Assembly: GCF_004010195.1 (NCBI RefSeq)
Contig: NC_057718.1
Location: 100,394,612-100,414,611, forward strand
Reading direction: 5' to 3'
Length of the DNA: 20,000 nucleotides
DNA from: Chiloscyllium plagiosum
Lineage: Eukaryota
In this document: one piece after another, positions 1 to 11,273 of the stretch
How positions within the stretch are numbered: position 1 is the first letter of the stretch
Layout: every line of letters begins with the position of its first letter
Notes under the pieces: generated by a model
Told to the model about the DNA's origin: nothing
Databases searched by the model: none
Seen by the model: the letters and a program-made list of their open reading frames with translations, nothing else
Made by a program: the position numbers and the translations under genes

Positions 1-1409
1 AGGCAAGCACTTTGCCTTGTAGCTGATAGTCTGAATTTAGCGTGTCCCAGGAGGAAATGTGCTCCTTTTCCGGCCCCCAACATCCTTGTTAGTCATCTTG
101 ACAGGCCACAAATTTCTAACATGCATTTAATTCAATGCATGCTTGCGTGCACGGTGGGGTGTCTGTGGTGACACCTTTTCACAGCCGCCTTACCATCCGT
201 GTACACATCTTTTCGCACTGAATTTGCTAAAGTAATCTAAAGTCTTTCAGTTTCAACATTTGTGCCATTTTTAGGATAACGCCCATCGAGCATAAAATAA
301 AAAGTTGCAGTTTTACCTGTGGGAGTTGGTTGTAACCTGTAAAACTGCCTCCATTAATTTGTCTCTGACTTATTGCGTTGGATTGAAGTTTAACAGCCTC
401 CTATTCTGGAGGAACAAGGTCAGAATTCCTAATAAGTATTTGGGTTTGATGATGATTACCACATTTTTCTAGCTGTTGAAAGCTGTAAAAGCAGGCAATA
501 GTGGGCCTGAAGAAGGATGGATTCACAGATTTACTGGGGTTATTGTCCTCGGTGGAAAACCGTTTGCCAAATCTATCCTCATCATGGTTACCTAACGATG
601 AAACAATGTAAATCCAGTTTCTTAAAAATGTGCAATTTCCTCCCTTGAGCCTGAGCAGATTGACAATTCAAACTAAGAGAGGGACTTTGTGAAAAAGCAT
701 TTATTTTTTAGAAAGCCAGGCAAATGTTGAGGTTACTTCAATTGCAGTTTTTAAATGGATTGCACCCATCATCTATCTGGACTTACACATATGCTCACTG
801 GTTCGAAAGTCTGTTCCCAGAATTGGGAATTGTCTTGTTATCCTTCTGGTCAATGTAGCTATCGGTGGTTGTAATCATTCTCGGGATGTTGTGTTTCTAT
901 ACTTTTAATCATATCTAATTTTACTGCATTTACTAAGAGTCAATGTATCTGTCCAACTCTGGTAGTTAGATGGATGAGGCACATATTGAGTTAATTTTGT
1001 TCTGCAACACTTTCATCCAGGTTAGGGGAAGCAGGCAAAGGAAATCAGATGTTCCTTGGGCTCACTTAGGAATGATTCTGCTAATACAGCAATAAACCCC
1101 TGTTGAAAATGCACAACACTTAAATTTACATGTAATTTTAACCCACAATCTCTGACCAGGTTTGAATTAATCCTGTCATCAATAGCACAGTCACCATGAA
1201 TAAGCAAACATTTTTTTGTTTTAATATTCATTAGACATTTAAGATAAACTGAATGTCTACCCTTAGCCTGAATTTTTCCATGCCGTTCTGAAGGGGTTAC
1301 AATGTCATTAAGACTGTGGTGAAAAAAATTAATTTTAATCTTGTTACGTTTGTTAAAAGATGTTTAATAGAATTATTTTGTGAACCCATTCTAAGGGCTT
1401 GATAAATTC

Positions 1410-1750
1410 TAGAATCAGTGATAGGCCATATCAGCCTATCAAGTCTGTTTCACCGTTCAGATTTGATAATCCTCAACTCCACTTGCTGCTTTTACCCCTT
1501 TAACCCTTGATTCTCTTCTGTCTTTCTCAGCTATGAATTATATTTAATGACCCAGTCTCTATAAGCCTTTTGTAGTAAAGGATTCCAGAGCTCACTACTT
1601 TCAGAGAAGAAAATTCCTCATCTCTTACTCTGAGGATTTACCTTCTGGTTCTAGACTCTCCTACAAGGGAACTCTGTATCTAACCTGCCAAGCCCTCCAA
1701 CAACCTTACATGTTTCAAAAGGATTCATTCTTCTAAACTCCAGTGATTAT
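1410..1750 (-). mobile_element. Old CR1-clade LINE 3' fragment (decayed)
   Basis: Starts with a reverse-complement CR1 tail motif (ataggccatatcagcctatcaagtctg), followed by cctcaactccactt, gaagaaaattcctcatctc and ggttctagactctcc, which resemble the other minus-strand CR1 remnants in the window. Confidence 0.7.
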
Positions 1751-2624
1751 ACGTTAAGTCAGTCCATGCAAATCTCATTGTTTACTACTTAAAGTTGCAG
1801 TTGTGGAGGGAGAATGAATCCTAGATAGTTCTGTCAAGACATTCAATTGATTCAGGTACCCAAAGCAAAAATGAATATGGTAGAAAAATTATTTAACTTG
1901 CAATTTCATTATTAAATATGGCAGTTTATGAACTATAAGGAAGCAAGTTGCAAGCGTGTGTCTTTAAGCTCTAACTACATGCACTGAGCCACGGGAAATA
2001 ACATGGCCAGCATGTACAATCTCAAAAGAAGGCCCATGCCTCTCTCCAGATAATTGACCACTGGTTATGGCAGGGTCTGAGAGTGGAGTTGTGTACACAA
2101 AGTGATTGGCAAGGATAAATTTGCAAGTTTAATCTATGTGCGATCTCCATTTGCTTTAAAGTATTGAGTGTGAAAGGTTTGCATATATTTGTATACTGAT
2201 TCTTTTTTAATACGTAATGGACCAGAAATAAATTACAACTCCTTTTGTCACATCATTTTGTTTTGTATGTCTGATGAAGATGCATGACTGGCCTGAGCAA
2301 ATAAAGCCTTTTGCGTTCCCTTAACTCTGGCCTCTTCTCTGTCTATGATCTCTGTTAAATCTCTTGATAAAATTACTGCTATTAACTAGTATGTATGAGC
2401 TTTTTTTAATGGAACCCATTATAGTAATTGGGATGGAGGGTTGAATGTTCCCACAGTAGCTTTAATTAGAGAGCAAAGAGAATTGAGTCTTAGCACAGCA
2501 ATGATTGTCCCTCTTTTTAAAAAAAAACTCTTTGGTATTTCAACTGAGATACCAGATTAAAATAAGCTAGTTAATGCCTTCATTAGAAATGCCCTCAAAG
2601 GATTGTTTTGGCAGAACATTTGCT

Positions 2625-3110
2625 ATCCTATGTAAATTAAAATAGACGAATCTCCAAAATTTGATGCTTTCCATCCCAGGCTATTAAAAGAAATTGATGC
2701 GGAAATTACAGATGCATTAGTCATAACTTTCCAAAGCGCTCTAGATTCAGAAATGAGGCTCCTTGAACTGGAAGATTGCAAATGTCACTCCCGTTATTTA
2801 AGAATGGTAGATGGAGAAATGTGGTAACTGCAAATCTGTCAGTTTAATGTCAGGTGTGGGTAAGTTACTGGAATCTTTCATCGGAGACTTGAGCAAGTAA
2901 TGTGATCACAGAGAGTCACCATGGATTGTCAAATAATGCTGAAATTGTCCTAGATGATTACTCCTGTCAATGGGTGCTGGCTAAATGGATTTCCAAAAGG
3001 CATTTGATCAAGTTTCACACTGGATTGTTAGCAAAAGTGACAACACTTGGAATTAATGGTAACCTTGTGATTTAAGCCCGTGGTTGTCTTGAGAGGTAAA
3101 GACCAGGTAG
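2625..3110 (+). mobile_element. Old CR1-clade LINE ORF2 reverse transcriptase fragment, 5' part (frameshifted)
   Basis: Manual translation across frameshifts gives KLKIDESPKFDAFHPRLLKEIDAEITDALVITFQSALDS, NWKIANVTP, KSVSLMSGVGKLLESFI and MDFQKAFDQVSH, typical CR1 RT motifs. Confidence 0.85.
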
Positions 3111-3448
3111 AATCATGAGGGGTGTGGATAGCGTAAATAGACAAGGTCTTTTCTCCAGGCTGGAGGAGTCCAGAACTAGAGGGCAGAGGTTCAAGGTGAG
3201 AGGGAAAAAAATTAAAAGGGACCTAAGGGGCAACTTTTTCACGCAAAGCATGATGCATGTATGAAATGAGCTGCCAGAGGAAGTGGTGGAGGCTAGTACA
3301 ATTACAACATTTAAGAGGCATCTGGATGGGTATATGAATAGGAAGGGCCAAGTGCTGGCAAATGGAATTAGATTAATTTAGGACACCTGGTCAGCATGGA
3401 CGAGTTGGATCAAAGGGCCTGTGTCTGTGCTGTATAACTCTGACTATA
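3111..3448 (+). mobile_element. Young HER1-like CR1 LINE, 5'-truncated 3' end, inserted into the older CR1
   Basis: Highly similar to 17098-17453 (atgaggggtgtggatag...gagtccagaactagagg...aatgagctgccagaggaag...catggacgagttgg...tgctgta...tgact). Confidence 0.9.
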
Positions 3449-3730
3449 GAGTTTGTTCTGAATGTCATAAGTGTTTATCCCCTGGGAATTGTTACTGGGT
3501 GTTACACTTAGACCATATTTATTGGCCTGGATAAGGCACAGAGTTATATCTCCAACCTTGTAGACAGTTCAAAGTTAGGAACTTCAGTAGGTAAGGTACA
3601 TGAGAGCTGAAAATCACTGAGGAACCTAGACAAACTGAGTCATTAGCACTTAGACAGATGGAACTCAATGTGGAGAAGGGTAACGCAATCTGTCTGAGTT
3701 ACCAGAATATTTCAATAGTGAGAGGCTAGA
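3449..3730 (+). mobile_element. Old CR1 RT fragment, continuation after the nested insertion
   Basis: Decayed equivalents of the downstream RT motifs: atatctccaaccttgtagacagttcaaagttagga (ISKFADDTKLG-like) and cagatggaactcaatgtggagaag (QMELNVEK, compare QMEFNLDK near 16631). Confidence 0.7.
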
Positions 3731-3740
3731 AAACCGAGAA

Positions 3741-3795
3741 ACAAGTTGGACCTGAGGGTTTGTATCCGTGCTGTACATCTCAATGACTCTATGAC
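3741..3795 (+). mobile_element. Very short HER1-like 3' tail
   Basis: agttggacctgagggtttgtatccgtgctgtacatctcaatgactctatgac matches the last ~55 nt of the LINE at 17400-17453. Confidence 0.75.
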
Positions 3796-4514
3796 CTCAC
3801 TCTTGGAGGAGACCATGTTCTGTCATATGCTGGCTGTTAGGAGCAGGTTTTAACAGCCCCTCTATTCAGTCTGCTTCTCCATCCCCGGACTGTGATTAAT
3901 CTCGATGCATGAGCGAGTTAATTGAACTCCAGCTTGTGTTTCCACACGGAGAGCAGGCAAGAAACGTGGGTTCCAGGTGGAGAACACGATTATTTCTCCA
4001 GCATTGTATCGTGCAGTAGGCCTCAAGACAAGGGGGTCCTTTGGTGAATTCCTGCTGCTTCCTCACAGTGCAGCAGTCCACCCTCTGACTTTCCCTTCAA
4101 CCTTTCAGATTGGCAAATGCTCAAAAGTTCATAAATCAGTGTAAATAGAATGTAATTAAACGAGGCTACTCAATCATGAATAAATAACCAAATGCCATTC
4201 TTAAAGATGATTTTGATTTAAGACTCAATTTTGTTAATTCTACACCAAGCACTGTTCTAAGTTGGATGAAAGGTGGCCTGGTGAATGATTAACTTGCAAA
4301 CATAAAAGTAAAAGGAATAATGAGGCCAACCACAAATTGCTGGCATCTTCTCCGGTTGGGATTGCCAACATCGACGGGACATTTTCCAGGAGAAGTTGTC
4401 ACATGAGCTTGCAACTGCAAATGCTCCATACCCAAGCTCATTCCATTGGTCTCCTATCACAGCCCACAACCAATTGGAAAGCAAATGAACTCCGAGTTAG
4501 CCAACTGGATGGAG

Positions 4515-4626
4515 CTTTTGTGGCATGGTGATACTGTCTATACCTCTGAGCCAGGGAGCCTGGATTCAAGTCCCATCCTGCTCTAATGGTTTGTAATACC
4601 ATCTCAGAACAGGCTGATTAAAAACT
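4515..4626 (+). mobile_element. tRNA-derived SINE, non-HE1 family
   Basis: A-box-like tggcatggtg and B-box-like gattcaagtcc. The body aligns by eye with 9823-9891 and with the reverse complement of 12660-12830. Confidence 0.6.
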
Positions 4627-4982
4627 ATCAGATTTGATATTCTTGACAATTTGTCCTGATGAGGATAAAATGAAAGACAACATGTCTCTCTTTTTGACAA
4701 TATATTATCCGATTCGATGATTGTCGATCAGATGTTTTTTTTCTCACCTGAGCCAATATCTTGATAACTAATAAACAGCGTGAAGTGTAATCAAAATATT
4801 GAAAATATTTTAACATCGTGGTGAGTTGAAGCTCAGATGTCATTCACAGAACTGAGCTGGAGGTTAATCTGTGATTCCTGGAGATTTGGCAATACAATTC
4901 CCAATCCAAACTCTTGCTCACCCTCCCTCAACTACTCGGGTTGGATCCAAGAGATATTTCTCTTAGTGTCTTGAAAGGTTCC

Positions 4983-5540
4983 TTTATTAACTCATTTACA
5001 GGATATTGGCATGACTGGCTGGGCCAGTATTTCTTGCCCGTCCCTTCTTCAACAGCTGCAGTCCATTTGGTGTTGACATCAGGACCTGGGACAGTGAGAT
5101 ACATCAAAGGCCAATAGCTGGGCACTGCAGCTTGAGGGAGCCCACAATGCCCATGTCAGAGGCTGCTGTTGGGTCTGGGTCATAAGCAGAACCAGGGTCA
5201 TGATATCTGTCCCTGCATCTGGTAGCTACACCCTCTGTTAGAGAGAAGCTTAGGATTTTGACCCAGCAACAGTGGAAGAATGGCAATATACTTCCAAGTC
5301 AAGATGGTGAGAGACTTGAAGGGGGACTGGAAGCTGGTGGTGTTCCCATGTATCTGCTACTCTTGTCCTTCTGGAGCAGTGAGGGTGGGAGGGGCTGGGG
5401 TTGGGGTTTGAAGGGGCGGTTAGGTCATGTGTTTGGAAGGTGCAAACAGAGCAACCTTGGAACGTCGCTGCAGTGCAAATTGTAGATAGAACTCACTGCT
5501 GTTACTAAGTTTCAGTGATGGAGAGAGTGAACGCTGAAAG
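4983..5540 (-). mobile_element. LINE 3' end of a second family (CR1/L2-group), decayed and interrupted at about 5090-5235
   Basis: Reverse complement of the tail seen at 19430-19548, followed by ggattttgacccagcaacagtg...gtggtgttcccatgtatctgct, which recurs at 7030-7175. Confidence 0.7.
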
Positions 5541-5774
5541 AGAGGAAGAGAATTCCAAAGCATAAGACCCAGGCACCTGAAGTAGTGAATGGGCCTTATC
5601 TTAAATAGCATAAGACATACAAAATGATGTGGCCACTTTTATCAAATTCATAAAGTTTGGTGCAAACAAAGCAATGACAGCATGGACGACGAAAGATGTC
5701 CTGCTCAGACTGCAGTACTTTCCGTTTTCCTAATATAGAGGCAGAGTTAGGGAACAGGCACAGAACGTCATAAC

Positions 5775-6190
5775 AAGGATCAACTTCGGTTCAAGGAGAG
5801 ATTTGAGAAAATGAGGTTGTCTCCATAAAGCAGAGAAAAAGGTCCAGTTGAGGCATTGGGGAACATCAGGGATTTTCAAAGGGTTGGTAAATTAAAACTG
5901 GTCCCTTTGGCAGAATGAGCAGTGACCACAGGGCACAGGGCGGTGAACACTAGGGAGCGAGCCAGAGGCAGTTGAGGAGTAATGTTCCTAACCTGTGAAG
6001 TTGTCGTGATCTGGAAAGTATTGTCTGAAAGGACAGTGAAAGCAGATTCAATAGTCACTCTCCAAAGGGACATGACTCAAAAATGGAAACATTGGAAAAG
6101 ATTGGCAAGAGAGTTGGGACTAACTGGATAGCAATTTAAAACAGTTTTGATAGAACGGCCTCATTACTTCCTGTCGCTGGAAGATAAGTC
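5775..6190 (+). mobile_element. Old CR1 LINE 3' fragment
   Basis: Decayed ORF2 end and 3' UTR motifs (aaactggtccctttggcaga, gtgatctggaaagtattgtctgaaaggacagtgaaagcagattcaatag). Confidence 0.65.
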
Positions 6191-6539
6191 TGCAAAAAAT
6201 CACTTTGGGAGAAACTGTCTCAAATTTGATGACTTTTGCTGGTATGAATGCAGGATACATATGTACACATTGAACAACTCTGTACTTTTCATCGTTGTTT
6301 AAATGAGTCTTCTGCATGTGGAGAGGGGAAGTAATTGTGGCATGGAGCACAGGGAAAGGAATTTTGAATAGTTTATGCTAACATCAACTATCCTCCAGGG
6401 AGGTCTGGTTTCCACCAGGATTGTTCCAAACACAAGAACTGCATGTTATATTCCACAGGATGGATTATGTGATTAATAGAAGGGAGAATGACTAGCTTGG
6501 TATGGGTTATCGGTGTTCTTCTGAAAAATGACTCATCGT

Positions 6540-6915
6540 TATAGTATCGTAGAAGCATTGCGACCCAGAGGAAGGCACTTTGACCTGTTTAGCACATGCC
6601 AGCTCACAACAAGAGCGATCCAACTGGACTCGCTTCACATCCTACCCTGGACTCCTTTCCCCCTCAGGTGCCTATCCTTCTGAAAGCCACATTCAGGCTT
6701 GCCTCCACCACACTCAGACCGTGCATTCCAGATCCTCACCACGCACTTTAAAAAAAAACGGTGTTTCCTCACACCATACTTTGCTTCTTAAATCAATGTC
6801 CCACTGGATTTGGACCCTTCCACCAATGAGAACATCTCCTCTGGATTCACAGTGTCTAGACACTTCATGATTTTGAATGCCTCAATCAAATCCTTTGACC
6901 TTCTCTCAGGGGAAG
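6540..6915 (-). mobile_element. Old CR1 LINE 3' fragment
   Basis: ORF 6788-6976(-) contains DLIEAFKIMKCLDTVNPEEMFSLVEGSK, matching the CR1 ORF2 C-terminal motif RGDLIEVYKIM. Confidence 0.8.
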
Positions 6916-7009
6916 GACACATTTCACTGGTGCCTCTGTTGGTCATCATCCCCCCCCGGCCCACACAATTACCCATTGTCCGGCACCTCCCTCCATTTCA
7001 AGCAAAGTG

Positions 7010-7180
7010 TAGGGATACCAGAAGGGCAGTTAGGGAGGGCATTCTGGGGGTTTGATCCAGCAACACTGAAGGATCAAAGAGTCAGGATGGTGAGGGGCTT
7101 GGAGGGGAACTTGCAGGTGGTGGTGTTCCTATGTATCTGCCGCCCTTATCCTTCTCAATGGGAGGAGGTCTGAGTATAAG
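7010..7180 (-). mobile_element. Fragment of the same LINE family as 4983-5540
   Basis: gtcaggatggtgaggggcttggaggggaacttgcaggtggtggtgttcctatgtatctgc aligns with 5297-5358. Confidence 0.7.
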
Positions 7181-7649
7181 CAGTATGAGGAAGGGGCAAC
7201 ACACCCTAGAGAGGGGCCCATCGTTCAGTTTGGAGTGGTTCACCCTGCATTAATCCTCGCCTTCATTCAGCCGTCAGCAGTGGTTCCAAGCAGCTCAAAT
7301 CACCATTTCATTGTTACTAGGAGAAATGGGGGTTTAAATTTAGCTCATCACCACATGACAAATTGATGGCCTATCTTGTGCCTGATCTTAAGTCCATGCA
7401 CACAGAAGGGTTTTGAGGGGTTAAAATGGGATCCGACGTGTAAAGGATTGTTGGAAGCCTGAAAGGTTGCCCTGCTCAATGCATATAACCCTCAGATTCC
7501 ACAATCCGAGAGCTGCAGCTAATAGTGTGCGTTCAAAGAGATGGCAGAGCCAGGGTAGAGTTAACATGTCCTGGCATCCGCTTCGGAAACTGTAGCCGAT
7601 ATGAACTGTGTCCGTATGTAATTCACGTGGCCTGTGAATCGATGCAGAA

Positions 7650-7800
7650 ATTAGAATTAGATCTAGAATTTAATGAGAATTAGTTGCCATGTGTACAGGA
7701 GTCCAGTGAAAAGTGTACAAAGTCACCATTCCCAGCATCGTCTTGGGCACAAAATCTTAGGTACAAAGCAGAGAAACAAAGTTAAAAGTTAAATATTACA
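7650..7800 (-). mobile_element. Possible Rex1/Babar-like 3' tail remnant
   Basis: The reverse complement (acttttcactggactcctgtacacatggcaac...) resembles the tail at 11183-11215 (acttttcactgtatcttggtacatgtgacaat). Confidence 0.4.
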
Positions 7801-8762
7801 GACCCTCTTAAATTAAAAGTGGTCATGGAGCAGAAGAAAATGCTTTTGTTTGTGTTTTGTGTGTGAGTGTGAGCGTGCATGTAAGGTATTTAGAGAGAGA
7901 TTTCTGGATGTGTGGTTAATATGGATTGCATGTGTGCAGTCTGTAGCCCAACCCAGAGCTCCTGGGTCTGTGGCTTCTGTTGGCCACGTTACTCATTGGA
8001 GTCGGATGACTGATAAACTCCCACATAGCATCAACACTTTATTGTAAAATCAGGCATCTTGTAGCACGATGTGTCTTCGCTTTCTCCTCATGCATCAAAT
8101 TCTAAAGTGCCCTCTCAAGTCCTCTTTTTAGTCCAAAAGTGGCCTCTTGCTTTGTGAGTATAGGCTTGTGGAAAATTGTCAAGCACAGTGCGCAAGGCAG
8201 CAAGCTGGTGGATATAGGGCCAGGGACATGCTACACTCTGGTGAAGATCCAACCTAAAACAACACTAGGGTATCAAATTATCACACCATAGCCAACTCCA
8301 CCCACAGAATCATGACTGGAAAAAGAGCAATTCCCAAGAGTCATTGAAGAAGGCAGTGAGGGATTGGCACGTGGGTTTAGCCATGTATTAAATATACATA
8401 TTGAATAACTTCTAACATTGAATGAGCTTCCATTCACTGGATATGGGCATCACTGGCAAGTCCATCTCTAACTGCCTTTGTTATTTTGAAAATATACCTT
8501 ATTCATAAAAATTGTGTTTAAAACGACATCAAATATCTTAACATATTCTGCAGAGACTCACTGCCATTAATCTTTATTGGTGTTTATGGAACGATTAATA
8601 CCAACTAGGGAAAAAAGCCTGTACAATGTATTCAGTAGGAAATACGATCAACTCCTGATTAAACAGCAAAGGTTAATTATAGAATAATTAATAGCTAGCT
8701 CCACTGCATCAACGATGTCTCCTAGAATCATATTATACAGAAGAAGCTCTTTAGCTCATCAA

Positions 8763-9060
8763 GGCCATGGTGGCTCAGTGGTTAGCACTATTGCCTCACA
8801 GTGCTAGGGGCCTAGATTCAATTCCGCCTTTGGGATTGCACATTCTCCCTGTGTCTGCATGGGTTTCCTCCCACAGTCCAAAGATGCGCAGGTTCGTGTG
8901 GATTGGCCATGCTAAATTGCCCCCTGATGTGCACACTCGTTGGGTTAGCTATGGGAGCTGCGGAATAGGGTAGGGAGGTGAGTCTGGGTGGGACTGTCTT
9001 TGGAGAGTTGGTGTGGACTAATTTCATATGGCCTGATTTCATATTGTAAGGAGTCTGTTC
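8763..9060 (+). mobile_element. HE1-type SINE (diverged, with internal deletions)
   Basis: A box TGGCTCAGTGG, B-box-like gattcaattcc, core cccacagtccaaagatg...ggccatgctaaattgccc, and a HER1-like tail. Confidence 0.9.
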
Positions 9061-9567
9061 TTCTTGAGAGACACCAAGCTCAATCTAAGAATGAGATCAC
9101 ATAAGACTTCTTTAGCTGCTTGCTGTTATCACGAGGAACAAGCACCAAAGCACTAGTTAGGACACATGACACACTTAATTAACTCCTCCCAGAAACAGGC
9201 CTTATTATCTTAAAGTCTTACAATTTCAGTTAACCCTTTCAGGTACTATCTGCCTCACGCAAAACATACCATTTTGACTTGATGGTTACATTATTTACAA
9301 TAGATTGCAATTTATCTCCACATAGCATGTTCGACTCTTAGATGCCGTAGTACAATTGCAATACTCTTAATATTTACAACATACATTCCATGCCAGGGAT
9401 ACAGCCTATATTTTGAATTGAAAACTTCAGAAAGTGCAATTGAATTAAACATTTCTACATTCACCTTGTTCTACACTGAGGTGCCGCAGAGTGATTTCTT
9501 GATCCTCACACAATACATTCCTGGTCACGTCTGAGAAGGAACCTCTAATGTTGCAGTGATGTGGCTT

Positions 9568-9822
9568 CATGGAATCCCTGCAGTTTGGAAAAGGATCACT
9601 GAGTCCTTACTGATCCTCCAAAGAACATCCCACCTCCCCTCCCCACTCTTAACCTGCATTCCCCATGGCCAATCCACCCTCACATCTTTGGAATGTGGGA
9701 AGAAACCCACATAGACACGGGGAGAATGTGCAAACTCCACACAGACAGTCACCTGAGGCTGGAATCAAACCCAAGTCCCCGGCACTGTGAGGCAGCAGTG
9801 CTAACCACTGAGCCACCCTGCC
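9568..9822 (-). mobile_element. HE1-type SINE (diverged)
   Basis: Reverse-complement head gtgaggcagcagtgctaaccactgagccacc and core ggagaatgtgcaaactccacacagacagtc. Confidence 0.9.
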
Positions 9823-9891
9823 AGGACAACTAGGTTCAAGTCCCACCTGCTGCACAGGTGTGTCATAACATCGCTGAGCAGGTGATTAAAA
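9823..9891 (+). mobile_element. Non-HE1 tRNA-derived SINE, 3' part
   Basis: ggttcaagtcccacctgct...cataacatcgctgagcaggtgattaaaa is similar to 4562-4624. Confidence 0.6.
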
Positions 9892-10171
9892 CCCATCGAC
9901 AGTCTGAGAAAGTGACAATGAGCTGCACTTGAAAACTGAGCCTCTTCCTCAGCTATTTCAGAAGCTAAGAGTTAATGACATTGCAATAGTTCTATAGTCA
10001 CTATTATGAATGTCAGATTTATTAAATTAGTTGCATTTGTGCTTCTTTGATGTACTTATGGACTCATGTCTCCTAATTATGAGCAGCTTTATCACTGTGC
10101 TTCCACAAACACTGCAGGTTTGTACAAAGATAAAACTCACCAACACCTTCTCAAAACCAAGATGTGGGGCT

Positions 10172-10372
10172 ACCGGTGTTGGACTGGGGTGGACAAGGTC
10201 AGAAGTCACATGACCCCAGGTTATAGTCCAACAGGTTCATTTGAAATCACAAGCTTTTGGAGCGCTGTTCCTTCGGCAGGTGAATGTAATGAAGGAGCAG
10301 CGCTCCGAAAATTTGTGATTTCAAATAAACCTGTTAGACTATAACCTGGTGTCATGTGACTTCTGGCTTTCT
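10172..10372. mobile_element. Palindromic Penelope-like terminal element with two decayed hammerhead motifs
   Basis: Inverted arms 10200-10274 and 10291-10365 (68/75 matching by manual count) with a 16-nt spacer. Homologous to 19712-19801. Confidence 0.8.
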
Positions 10373-10643
10373 CAAAGCCAACCAAGGATAGGAAATGAGT
10401 GTCTCATCAACATTCTTTTGGGGAAAACGTCTGTTATTTTTACAAATGGCAAGATTGCATTTTTACAACACAAGGACGTGTTTCTATACAAACAGCGCCA
10501 TCCCTTCATGATGTTAGACAACGTGGAAAACAGATTTGCTGAACCTTTATCAGTTTACAAAATACTGTTTAAATCCTACAGACCAGGGACATGTTTTGGG
10601 ACTAAATGTGCTGGACAATCTCTGTGGAACTGGAAGCAAATGG

Positions 10644-10660
10644 AGAGAGAGAGAGAGAGA
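10644..10660 (+). repeat. (GA)n microsatellite
   Basis: Direct reading of the sequence. Confidence 0.9.
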
Positions 10661-10904
10661 TATGAGTTCTCAGAACCCTGACTCTGAAGACAGTGGTTGA
10701 GGAAGGAGAGGTGGCTGTGAATGTGGGTTTTAGTGAGTATCCTGTCAAACACCAGGCAATAGAGATAGCAATCAACTCAAACGAGGGGGAGGTGACAGCA
10801 AACTAACCAGGCCATTGAGCCTGGAGAGCTGCTTTGATGTTCAACATGATCATGGCTGACTGTACACCTCAATACCTTTCCCACACTTTCCCCACATCCC
10901 TTCA

Positions 10905-11243
10905 CAGCTTTCCAGCAGACAACATCATCAACGACCCCTCCCACCCCAGTTACACTCTCTTCCACCCTCTTCAGACAGGCAGAGGTTTGAATACACGTAC
11001 CAACAGATTCAAGAACAGCTTCTTCCCTGCTGTTACCAGACTTATAAATGGACCTCTCATATATTAGAGTTGATCTTTCTCTGAACCTTCTCTGTAGCTG
11101 TAACACTATATTCTGCATTCTGTTCTATTACTCTGATGTCCTTATGTAAGATATGATTTGCCTGGATCACATACAAAACAATACTTTTCACTGTATCTTG
11201 GTACATGTGACAATAATAAATCAAATCAAGTCAAATCAACTCA
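10905..11243 (+). mobile_element. Rex1/Babar-type LINE 3' end
   Basis: Encodes ADNIINDPSHPSYTLFHPLQTGRGLNTRTNRFKNSFFPAVTRLIN, the typical Rex1/Babar ORF C-terminus. The 3' UTR ends in aataataaa plus a (tcaaa)n tail. Confidence 0.85.
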
Positions 11244-11273
11244 AACCAATGTGTTAAAGTACTCAAAGACTTT

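Noticed and set aside
3896..4081. Cys-rich 61-aa minus-strand ORF
   Set aside because: Non-ATG start, no recognisable cysteine spacing and no convincing splice sites.
8763..8830. tRNA-like sequences at SINE heads
   Set aside because: A and B boxes are followed by SINE core and tail with no complete cloverleaf, so these are not tRNA genes.
8581..9380. Possible solo LTR (TGTT...AACA ends) hosting the HE1 at 8763
   Set aside because: No target-site duplication, no second copy and no PBS/PPT visible.
10349..10681. 110-aa ORF
   Set aside because: Begins inside the palindromic repeat with a non-ATG start, ends in a GA microsatellite, and has no recognisable domain.
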